A stretch of 63,224 nt of DNA, the filler included, from Choristocarpus tenellus KU-1152 (lineage: Eukaryota; Protista; Phaeophyceae), in assembly GCA_964200185.2 (NCBI GenBank). It is 11 parts of 11 records of this genome, joined end to end, with 100 filler letters (N's around TTAATTAATTAA, not from the genome) between each part and the next. Parts side by side here need not be neighbours in the genome. Positions count along the whole stretch, not along the records: positions 49,474 to 52,302 come from CAXNAD020024385.1; positions 52,403 to 54,923 come from CAXNAD020027108.1; positions 55,024 to 59,678 come from CAXNAD020013606.1; positions 59,779 to 63,224 come from CAXNAD020019974.1; 7 more parts are not named here. One strand, written 5' to 3'. This document shows positions 51,863-63,224 of the stretch, piece by piece. Below the pieces are notes generated by a model. The model had not been told where the DNA came from, ran no database searches, and was given only the letters and a program-made list of their open reading frames with translations. Each line of letters opens with the position of its first letter. The stretch's first letter is position 1. The position numbers were made by a program, and so were the translations under genes.

Positions 51863-53555
51863 GTTGTGTACGAGATTTTGATAGGGATGTGCACACAGGT
51901 TGCAAGTTGTTGAGGTGTTCGGACCTGAACTCTGACCGATCAAGAAATGATGTTGATCTTTCAGTTTTGATAGGCGGTAGCTCTATCAACTCACAGCAAT
52001 TCACTCGAAACTGAGACTCTCAAACACTACTAGTTAGTTTGTGTAAGTTCTTGTTGGGGGGTTACAATTTCGACTTGAAGTCGACAGCAGTATTGTTGCT
52101 GGTATGACATTGTACTCGCCAATGGATGGAGTCTGTGACATGTTGGCACAGTGCAATCTTTTTACTGAAGTTTCAGGGGACGGTAGTGAGATCAGAGACT
52201 GTCTTTGCTTTGTTATATTGTCTGTTTTCTTAGGGTGGGAATTTGGAGGAGGAAGATTTACGGGGGGGGGGGGGTGATGAGGAGTGGGTGGCAGTGCTAT
52301 TTNNNNNNNNNNNNNNNNNNNNNNNNNNNNNNNNNNNNNNNNNNNNTTAATTAATTAANNNNNNNNNNNNNNNNNNNNNNNNNNNNNNNNNNNNNNNNNN
52401 NNCCCCGATACTTTGACCCTGGACCTCATCACCCAAGAGCTGCAGATATTAGGGTTGCTAACAACAATACCTGAAGATGAGAATATGCTTTTTTCACTTT
52501 CAAACCAAAGGATTAGACAGTACACAAATTCCTCAGTGTTGAAGTGGACAACCCTTTCCTGACAAAACAGGATATGTGACCTTTTGATTTCAGAGAAGCA
52601 AGGCAATGATTCATAGTATTGACCCCATAAAAAGGTAATCGCTGATCCGCTTCTTTCAAAACCCTATGTCTAAGTGCAGTTTTTCTTGAGATATCTGTTG
52701 TGGCCTAGCCCAATCTCATAACCAAGAGTAGGGTACAATAGTTACCCACTCACAATTACACTAGCTCAGGCATTGTAGCTTGATCACCTCAATGACTCAT
52801 GCACCCGTTTTTGTTACCAAAATTACTGCTATGTTTCTTCACAACCCCCGGGTTATTAAAGGCACAACAATATGTTTTCCACCATGAACAACGTTGGGGT
52901 TCCAACCCTGTGCAGGGCAACCTTTAAAGGAATCCCTCCAAATTGGCCACATGAACATTTATGGGATACCCAGATGATTCATTTCCTTTTCTCCAACGTG
53001 ACTGTCAGCAATTTTTTTTGTCGTGTGCAGACAGAGCCCACACTGTGGGGGGGGTGATGTGACGGACAGGTCCCATTGGGAGCTCATCTCAGTCCATTCC
53101 ACATCTATGCGCAAACATAAGTGTATTGCGCGCACATTTCTTTGTCATTGGCGACGTTTCCATAAACATCAAAAACAGATAAGTCCTACTAATTCTCAGA
53201 CCACTTGCCGTTGACGGTCACAAGGATGTAATGTTACCCATCGGATCTAAGATTTCATTCAAACTTCTCCTAAGACTTGATGACTGAGAGAGCTTTTGAC
53301 TTGCTGAAAGCACCCCACCATGACACAACTAGTGATTCTGATCACTCCCCAAGACTGATGGGACCCTGCATCATGATATATGTATTAATATTATATATTA
53401 TATTAATATTGATATAATAATGCACATTTCCAAATTATCAGATTTTCACCACCCTTTCACTCGGATGCATGTTATTTTCTTTGATAGCAGACAACAAAAT
53501 TGCATGTCTTCTACTATATTTTCTGGCTGCATTTCTCTATTGAGGTCTTCATATA

Positions 53556-54700
53556 CTCCCTCCGTCCCATAAGTCTGAGCCATTCATTTGTAGCGCTTCG
53601 GGATGACATACGATTACAAAACGGAATTTTGCGTTGGATTCCTTGGAATACTTTATATTTAAAAAATACGTCTTGCCTTTATTCGACAACGTCAACCCAC
53701 CAATCCAGACCCACAGCGGAGGGTGTCGGTCTACTTCGACTGGTCTAGCCAACCCGCCCTCCCGTTGCCTTTTTTGGTCTCGGTTTGCTCTACATCAGAA
53801 TCATTCCCCCCAGCACCCTTAACACCTTACTATACCTCTAAAACAGACTCCATCACACCCTCTCGAGTGTGTCTGCGTTGTACGCATGGAACATGCTTGA
53901 AATTCCCTCTACAAGTTCATCAATGGTGCCGTAATGCTCCACCCAAACCCTGCTCTTCAGAGGTGCAACCCCCCCAAATCATTTATGTTGAGATCCAGCG
54001 ACTGCGCTGGTTGCGTATGAGCTTAATGTTCCATTCCTCCTCCATCCCTGCTGCGTTCAGCTTCTGCACTGTGCCCTTGCGTGTATGTAGGGTTGTGCCG
54101 TCCTGCTGATGGAGGCCCCCCCTGATTTCAGCCATGACATTTTTTCCTTGATCGCTAGCAACAGCTCCTCCATGTACCACTCAGCATCGACTGTGATGTC
54201 TTTCTTATACTCCTCGCCCTTCATATGCCACGCTATAGTACATTGTGTCTCCTTTGTGACACAAACTTGCCAGATACCGATCATCTTGCCGTACAAATCA
54301 TGGGAAGGATCTGGGCGCGAAAAGGCGGAGATGAACATCACTTATGGAATGTGACTCTTGTGCTGAGCCTTTGTCGAGCCCACCTTTTCCTTCCCTGGCA
54401 ACATGCACACCATCTCTCGTTTGTGGATGAGGTATAACCATGCCTCATCGATGTGAATGGTGTTGAGGCCAGTCCTGAAGGTTTAGCAGTTGTGAGATCT
54501 GGTCGAAGATGAAGTCCACCCTTTTCTTGTGAGAAAACGAAAGGCTAGGGGTGACGTACTGCTTAACCTTCATTGCCCCCACGACTTCGAGCCAGTGATG
54601 AAGCTTTGAGCTGCTGAGTGCAAGGTCCACTTCGGTGAGCTTGGTGGAACGTTGGTCAATAGTCAGCGTGCGATTTACTGGCATTGATTTCCCAGATCTT
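53556..54700 (-). mobile_element. Tc1/mariner DD39D-type (plant-mariner/Stowaway-like) transposon remnant with one TIR
   Basis: HIDEAWLY, SHIP*VMFISAFSRP, QQDG..LH, QPAQSLDLNINDLG on minus strand; TA|CTCCCTCCGTCCCA terminus at 53556. Confidence 0.9.
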
Positions 54701-55963
54701 CGGTTGTTTCATTGGCGTAAAGTTCAACAGCTGTGTGCTTGTGATTTCAGGGAGATGGCATTCCCCCCTGTCTAACTGTATTTTGATGTGTGCCCACATC
54801 TGTCTAGGGTGCCTTGTTAAAGTATCGCCCAAATCACCCAAGAAGAGGACAAAGGTGATAAACCCAGCGAGATTGCTTGATGCCTGTAGAGTGATTGATT
54901 AAAGCTAAGTGGGGCATGCAGCANNNNNNNNNNNNNNNNNNNNNNNNNNNNNNNNNNNNNNNNNNNNTTAATTAATTAANNNNNNNNNNNNNNNNNNNNN
55001 NNNNNNNNNNNNNNNNNNNNNNNAGGTATGTAAATAATTGTTCATGCGCATCACTCAATTTGTCAATTTTCAAATCTACTGCCGTCCTCCGTGCTTCACA
55101 TCCACTTCTATCAAATTAGAATTCAAATCGAATACCTTTTATTTATTTATTTTTTTGTTTTACTGATCAACAAAGAGTCCCACAAACCACAAAATACAAA
55201 TGAAATACACCCACCATGCACACACACACACTTCCATCCAGGGGTGAGGTAGGGGATGCGACGTGAGGGATATTCCCTTTGCCTTTCCCACATCGCCAAG
55301 TTTGTTGTCCACTATGAAGGTGCCAGCCAGTGTGTAGAAGATTCCAAATTGTAGTGTATTCTAATCACATTCCTCAGCAGCAAACAAACCCTAACCCTAA
55401 CACCTACCGAATCAGTCATGCTCTTTACTGTTTCAGGCGGAATAATAAAATAATAATAACAACAATAACAATAATAATAATAAAAATAAAACCCTTACCG
55501 CTATAGGGGCAACTCCTTTTTTTCAGAAGTTTTCTTTGAAAGTAGGCCAGGGGCCGCCTCTCAAACAACACCTCAAATCAAAAGCACTGTTTCATTCCCA
55601 ATACAAAAAAAATTAATATATATATATTACTAAAATCTATACGAGAAAGCGTACTATTTTTTTTTTTAATGTTCTAAGAATACTTGGCCGTGAGAGTACT
55701 CACCTACATTAGTAAAAAAAATAAGAATAAAAATAAAAACGAAGAAAAGCCCCACAATTCTTTTTATTCTTTTTTCTGAAAGCATTTTTACCATAAAAAG
55801 CACAAGAAACACTCAACACCCCTAACCCTAACCCCCAAAACAACACACACACATGAGCTAGGTTGGAGGTATAGTATAATTGGTATTCAAATAGCAAATA
55901 GATTATGGAAATATATATATATATTTTTCCCCGAAACACCTGTAAAATGTGCATAATAATATA

Positions 55964-56260
55964 ATATAATACATACACATGTTTACATATGTTTTTCATA
56001 AAAACTTTAAAACTTGCCTTGAGAATGAGAGAGAGAGAGGAAAACAATATACATACACATGTTTACATAGGTTTTTCATAAAAACTAAAAACTTGCCTTG
56101 AGAATGAGAGAGGAAAACAATATACATACACATGTTTACATATGTTTTTCATAAAAACTATAAAACTTGTCTTGAGAATGAGAGAGGAAAACAATATACA
56201 TACACATGTTTACATACATTTTTCATAAAAACTAAAAAACTCGCCTTGAGAATGAGAGAG
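55964..56260. repeat. About 73-bp tandem repeat x4 overlapping a B56 exon end
   Basis: ATACATACACATGTTTACATA..AAAACTTGCCTTGAGAATGAGAGAG repeated four times. Confidence 0.92.
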
Positions 56261-57856
56261 GCAGTGTCGGCATCCTTTTCAACATACTGTACCACACAGT
56301 AGCTAAGCTGTTGATGGTACATTCCCACACAGGAAGGCGTATGTAATGGTAATAGACACTTCTGTAAAAAGTCAACTGGCAATCAAAAGCACACACACAC
56401 AATCACAAACACACAGACAGAAAGACACAATCACAGACACACACACACATACACACAATCACAGTGAACACGTTAAGAGAGTTGGTCCAGGACTAGGTCA
56501 TCACTACTACTACATGAAATAAAAATAAAAATACAATCTACTTTTTACTGTTAATAGATCTCGTTGGAAAAGAACATTTTAATATTCTATTTTTCTGACC
56601 TCTCAAAAACGCCTCCATATTATCACTCAGAGGTAATAAAATTAATACTAATAATAATAATAAAAAAGGTTGGAATATTAATATATCCTTCATCAAAACA
56701 AAGATTCACATAATTCATTATATAAGCCACAAAAAAATAAAAAGCACTGAGTGAGAATAAAACAAAAACAGACGCATTAGAAAAAAAACAAAATCAATTC
56801 CTCGATTTCTCGGCATACGATAAATTTTATTTTTCAAAAATTGAATTAAAAAATAAATAAATCCAGTGGATGATTCACAACACTATCGGGGGAGCTTTGT
56901 ACCAATGACATCATCGACACAACCCTAACCCTAACCCTAAGAAAATAACAAGTTTATCGATACATCATGTATGTACTGTCAAGATTGGTACTGTACTACT
57001 CAGATGAGAATGACTTAGGGTTAGGGCTAAGGCTACCCTACCACAATTTTAATATTCCAATCACTAGCTACGTAGCTGTGATATTATTTTTATTAAACAG
57101 AGCCACAGGCGTAAACAGCAAAGTGTTATGTTAAGGGTTATAGGGGTTACTAGAAAAAAACAACAATAATAATAATAATAACAACAAAAGATGAAATATA
57201 TACACACACAAGATGGGTCTCTTGAACCAACAAACAAAAAAGTATTGAAAACAGGGGCTAATATAAAAACCAACTATTCCTGTGACATCGGGTTCATCAT
57301 CATCATTATTATTATTATTGATCCGGGATGCATCAGTTTAATCCCAATACTTAAAAAAAAACTATTTATTAAAAAAATAAATAAATGTAGCCGTGACAGC
57401 TCTCGCAATCAACCACAGCAATGCCTGTCTGATTCACATCACATCCCACCAATGCTCTACAAAATAAACACCAACAGTCATCACCACTAATATTATTATT
57501 ATTATTATCATTATTATTATTCCAATGCCTCCCCCGTGTTCTCACCCCCAGAATAATTATTCTACAAAATAATTCTAATTCCTACAGCAGACACATTCGT
57601 ATCGGATGAGATCCGATTCACAGGGGAAACAAACTTTAATGTTAATCGCAGGTGTATAATCAATGTGTATTTTCATGCCTGTTGATTGTTGTAATGTGAA
57701 TCAGAGACGGCGGAGGCATTCACTCGAATTGTTCTCATTCTCTATGGATTTGCACCAACATCACATCACATCACATCACATCTCCACTTCAACTCCTTCA
57801 AAACTAATTGTTACCAGTGTAGCCATTACCTGACCCTTACAGTGCAACAATGAATA

Positions 57857-57947
<91 letters not shown>

Positions 57948-59056
57948 TCTATCAACATAGAACTCTATGTACATACATTATTCTTATTTTTATGTACATA
58001 CACAAAAAGAAAAGGGTACCTACCACCCAAGTCTCACAAAAACACCTTCTGAGCTAATAAAAAAAATAAATAAATAAACCCACCGATTGTCTAAAAAAAA
58101 TGTACATCCACCATGCACAATTATTATTATTATTTAAAACATAGATAAAGAGAAAAAAAAGATGAAAAATATTGAAATCAAATCCTTTCTTTTTTATTTT
58201 GTGTCTTCCCTTCCCCATTCGCTCACCATGTTCCTTCTTCAGCGGAACTGCAAACCCATTAACAATGCTTCCAAGGATCTCTAGCAACTCCCCGATGCCA
58301 TTGTGTCTCTGTGTTTCATAAACAAATCTTCAAAGCAGACAAAAAATAAAATAAAATAAGCACATCAGGACGTCACCATCGCCACTGCAATAATCTCATG
58401 AGGCACTCTGAGAGCAATACATACACAAATATATATATATATATATACATACACACATATATATATACATATACCTACACACACATATATATATACATAT
58501 ACCTACACACATGTATGTATACATATACATACACATAAATATAATTTTAATCATTTACACAAAAAAAACATACGGTAGGTCCTGCCTCCTCCACAACAGC
58601 CTGTGTATGTTTATGAAACATACATGTACCTGTGCTACCGCCCACTAGAAAAAATATTGAAAAACAGTTTAACTGGAAGAACAATATACGCACAAAATAA
58701 AAAAAAGCAACCACACAAAATCATACAAACACATGTATGAAACAGCCTGTCATAGGTTGATGACTAGCGAGCGTTAAAAAAAAAGCATGATTCAAGCGGA
58801 ATGGAACAATTAGCATTACGGTTCTGTTTAAAAAAAAATAATTATGTACTGCATGTAAGTGTAACAATGGTGACACATGTAACTGTAGGTAGGTAGAGGT
58901 CTCTAACTAAAATCTCTAACTAAAGTCTCTAACCCTAACCCTAACCTTAGGAAGGTATTCCCCACGGTCCTCCTAATGAAAGCCCGATGCATCATGAACT
59001 TCCCATACACACGGTGGAGGATAGTCTTGAGGTACTCCCTTTCACGAGGATCCTCA
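56245..59056 (-). CDS. PPP2R5: PP2A regulatory subunit B56 (B'), internal exons
   Basis: Exons 59056-58946 ([20 protein letters not shown]), 58327-58227 ([26 protein letters not shown]), 56375-56245 ([21 protein letters not shown]); phases fit. Confidence 0.95.
57857..57946. repeat. (GCAA)n microsatellite
   Basis: Direct reading. Confidence 0.95.
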
Positions 59057-61275
59057 CTGGTCAGAAAATTCACAGAAATTTCAAAACAAATGCAGACATG
59101 GTGTTGGTGTTATCTATACTGAGTTTAGCTTTAGGGGTATAAATATATATATATATATATATATAAATATAAATACAAAATATGTCGAGGTAGTGTCGGC
59201 CTTACGTATAATGAATTAACTTTTAGGGTTAGGGTTAGGGATACATGGGGTACACACATTACATCCCATTACACTCTCACAACAACAAAAAAACAATAAC
59301 AAAAACAAAAACAAGAGAGATTTGCATCCAAATACATCAAACCGCCACTACATATACTGACTACCGACTTACAAACAGTTTTTATAAAAAACGAAAGAGC
59401 TAATATATCTAAAAAAATAAATTATATGCTGAACGGATATATATATTTAAAAAAAATATATATATTTTGTCAAACACTCCAGCGGACTTTTCACACACCG
59501 CCTAATGGTGGGGTATTGAAAAACACACAGACAGACACACAGAGAGTCAGGTAGTACGTGGAAGGATTGATGCCTTCAAAGTATCTGGGGGGGGGGGGGG
59601 GGGGGCGGGTGGGCGGTTGGGATAATTTTTTTTCTTGTCTGAATTTTTTTGTGTTTTTGTGGCCCGCGTCTTAGGGTGNNNNNNNNNNNNNNNNNNNNNN
59701 NNNNNNNNNNNNNNNNNNNNNNTTAATTAATTAANNNNNNNNNNNNNNNNNNNNNNNNNNNNNNNNNNNNNNNNNNNNCTCCCCCCCCCCAGATACTTTG
59801 AGCCTTTATTGGCACTGTGTGTGTAAGACGTCTACAAAGTACTTGAGATAGAACGACTCTCTTCCTAGCATGGACATTCTCTGGAGTAATCTACACTTTT
59901 TCTTACTACAGATTTTTTTTTTAATGGACATCGTGTTACTATCGATAGCACCAACCTGTGAAGATAAAGCTGTACTACTGTTTTTGGATATTCTTATTTT
60001 TTTCAGTTGGTTAATACTTTGTGGTACACGTTTTAAGGAGTAAATCATCGTTGAATAGTTTTTGCATTACCCAACCATCTACAGTCTGATTGTCCAATGA
60101 TATTTCATTCTACTTGCTGTTTTATGTCTATGTGTGAAAAAATAAATAAATATATATATATGTAAGAATAACCTGCAGATTCTTGTTCAATTTTTTAAAT
60201 CCGTACCCTGTTCACTTTTGTATTACTATTATTATTGATTCTGTTTATTGTTATAGTTGTCACTATTGCCATTAGCCTCAAGTGATGCACTGACTGGCAA
60301 ATGGTTTGGACTGCACAAAAGAGGTTTATTGTTTAACATAAATACATTATTCTACATTTTATGGATATATATATACATACATCTATTTAGACTTCTGTTT
60401 CTGATACGCTGTTGACTTAAAATAGTCCAGAAAATATAAATTCTTAGAAGTTGAGTGTGATAAAAAAAATTACAGCTAAATAAAAAAAATGATGTCTCTA
60501 TTTTGTGCCCTTTGAATTAGTTATTTTATTTTATTTTATATTAACACTGTGGATTCACATTTTTTACTGAAAAAGAGTTGGCTATAGTGCGACACCTGCC
60601 TGTTGTGTGGTCTAATTTCTTCTTTGGTATTCTGGTTCAGTCTTACCCAGGGAATGTTCCTTCCCATTTGCAAGGCCAGTAGACACAATACCAATCACAA
60701 ATGTGCTTTTTCTATTTTAAATACAATTATTGTGTGTGTGTGTGTGTGAAACGTAAGATGATTATATATAAATTTCTTCTGCAATCAAAGTAGCTATTTG
60801 TGATAACTGCTGCAACCTGTGCACAAATAAAAATAATTAAATTAAGACAATTAAGATAACAATAATAATATTAGTAAACATAAAAACAACAATAAGAAGA
60901 ATAAGAACACATATTTTCGCCTGCTGTCTCTGAAATCATACATTACAGCACCGTGCATACACCTTGAAGTTGAAGTTGAAGTTGAAGTTGAAGTTGTGAA
61001 CTGGAGGTGATTATAATCAACCGCATCCAATCAATGAACTCTGACACTGAGACTGGAAACCAAAAAACAGGAAAAAAAAAACTGAATACGCACATGCCTC
61101 TCTAAGTTCCTGAATATATCACACGAGATGACAAGTGTGCATACATGCCCAATGTTACCACCCTCAGAAAAATTTTCCCCTTGGTGGGGCCTGTCGCCAG
61201 TCGGGGAGTCTACTTTATTCATGGCTATTCCACTAGGACCAAACTACAGACCTTCTGATATAATATGACTACTAA

Positions 61276-61521
<246 letters not shown>

Positions 61522-63224
61522 TTCATCGAAGAGATGGTGTGTGTTGGATACTTTTTAGTTGGTATTGGATGGTCACCTTGAATGAGAAATCGTTCATTCC
61601 TTTTTTGAAGGGTTTTGAGGTTGCAACCTCATGTAACCTCAAGTCATATATGTGTCTGATTCTGTACTACTTTTTACTCCATGTGTTACGTGCTGCACGG
61701 CGTGCTGGATAGATTGAATATCAGATTGAATATCAATTAATAAGGGAGAAGGGAAATCTAGTGGAATATATGCCTGATTCTGTTCTGTTCTGTTTTGTTT
61801 CACTCCATATTTTATTTGTCATACACTGTGCTCGGTAGATCCATTGAACCTACAAAGAGAGAAGGGAGGCAAATAGAGTTGAAATGTATTTATATACACT
61901 TGCCTTGAATAGATTTGATTGAGCAAGAAAAAAAGAAGAGCTGAGGTGTGGTTGTGGAGGAGTTCTTTTCTTCATTTCGTTTCAGGCTGCAGCTTCTTGT
62001 ACGCATCTAAATGCAGCTTACGTTAGCATGGAGATCCCAAAAAGGTGTGAAATAATGACTGCTGTATTGTAGTAGTAGTTTGTGGTATTTTGTTGTGTTT
62101 GGTACTTGTAAGGTCTGTCTCTTCGTGTCTGGATGGAACAAGCTCTAGTGCTGCGGAAGAATTAGATTTGCTTGTTGAATGAAAGTCGAAGTGCCTGTCC
62201 TTGAGGTGGATTTACACAAGACGAAACTCATCCTATTGATAGTTGTTTGTGTGCAGGCTCAGTTTTGATGATGGTAGCAAGTTCCAAGAAGCTTACTCTA
62301 GATCTATTGTTCATCGGCACTCTTGAATGGGACATAATCTCCTTCAAACAAAGTCCACAAGTATACTTTCGAAGTACTCATACATAGTATTTCGAGACAT
62401 GTATAGGGGTGAGTGTGAGGACAACTCTGTGTTTGAAAATTGTACGAGGTGTCCTTGAGAACGTCTGCAAGGATAGCACGTCCTCTGAACTGCATTAACT
62501 AGTGGTAGTGGTAGTATGCCCTCATATGGGTGCGATATTGATGAAGCTCACACCACCTCATGACAAATCTGACTGGCACATGCCTCATAGCTAGGTATTT
62601 CAAGTAGATGAACGGCAGGTGGCGAGTACTGTATCTACTTTGAAATCTTAGCTCTCCTTGGGTATGGTAGAGGTAAGCGACGTCATATACAACAATATGA
62701 GGCTACTCTGGAGCACTCTAGTAGAATGGAAGAATGCATCACTCTTTTTTTCAAGCTGAGCAATCCCAGGAAGATGCGTTGGGTTGCTCAATGTGATATT
62801 CCAGGTTGTGGTGGGCAATAGTGAAATACTTTGGAGATTGACAAGCATTGTTGTTTCTCAGCATGTGTTTTCTTGGGTGAAGGTACACACGGTCAGACCT
62901 ACATAGATGATCCTTGTCAGATCAATAATGAAGTGCTGAGATGGTCGTGGTCTTGTGGCTTCATGATAGAGCAAGCAAGATGAGGTTTTTTAGATGCCAC
63001 CCTGACTACTAGTACCACCTAAAAACTGTAAAAGCAGTGCACATCAGGGACAACTACTTGATGTTCATGTGGGACCAGTTTCAATTGAAGTATCTGTTAC
63101 CATGCCCACCACAGGTGAGGTCAGCATGTCTGCTGATATTTTGGATACTGCGTGTAGGCTAAAAGTATCTGGGGGGGGGGGGGTGGCTGTCCGTTTGGAG
63201 TCAATTTGTTCATGTTGCGGTTTT

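Overview
Eukaryotic, intron-rich genomic DNA. The window is 11 unrelated short contigs joined by artificial 100-bp linkers (N-run + TTAATTAATTAA + N-run), so adjacency across linkers has no meaning. RTE-LINE motifs, interstitial TTAGGG repeats and gene structure suggest a brown alga or a close stramenopile relative (inference). Spliced host genes reconstructed by hand with phase-checked junctions: RPL7/uL30 head-to-head with TFIIE-alpha, an R2R3-MYB, an intronless mTERF plus a second spliced mTERF fragment, and partial genes for a gamma-butyrobetaine-dioxygenase-like TauD enzyme, a PP2A B56 subunit, an SDR and an SCI1-like protein. One gene appears to join a PYM/WIBG Mago-binding motif to an R3H domain. 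TE remnants include two Copia, one Gypsy, one RTE LINE, a DD39D-type mariner and several MITE-like families. Best candidate for an undescribed system: contig 22323-25599, where an intron-containing Cys-rich transposase-like gene is divergent from a ParB/Srx-like (DGNHR) gene across an AT-rich tandem array with palindromes. Family assignments come from remembered motifs, not database searches.
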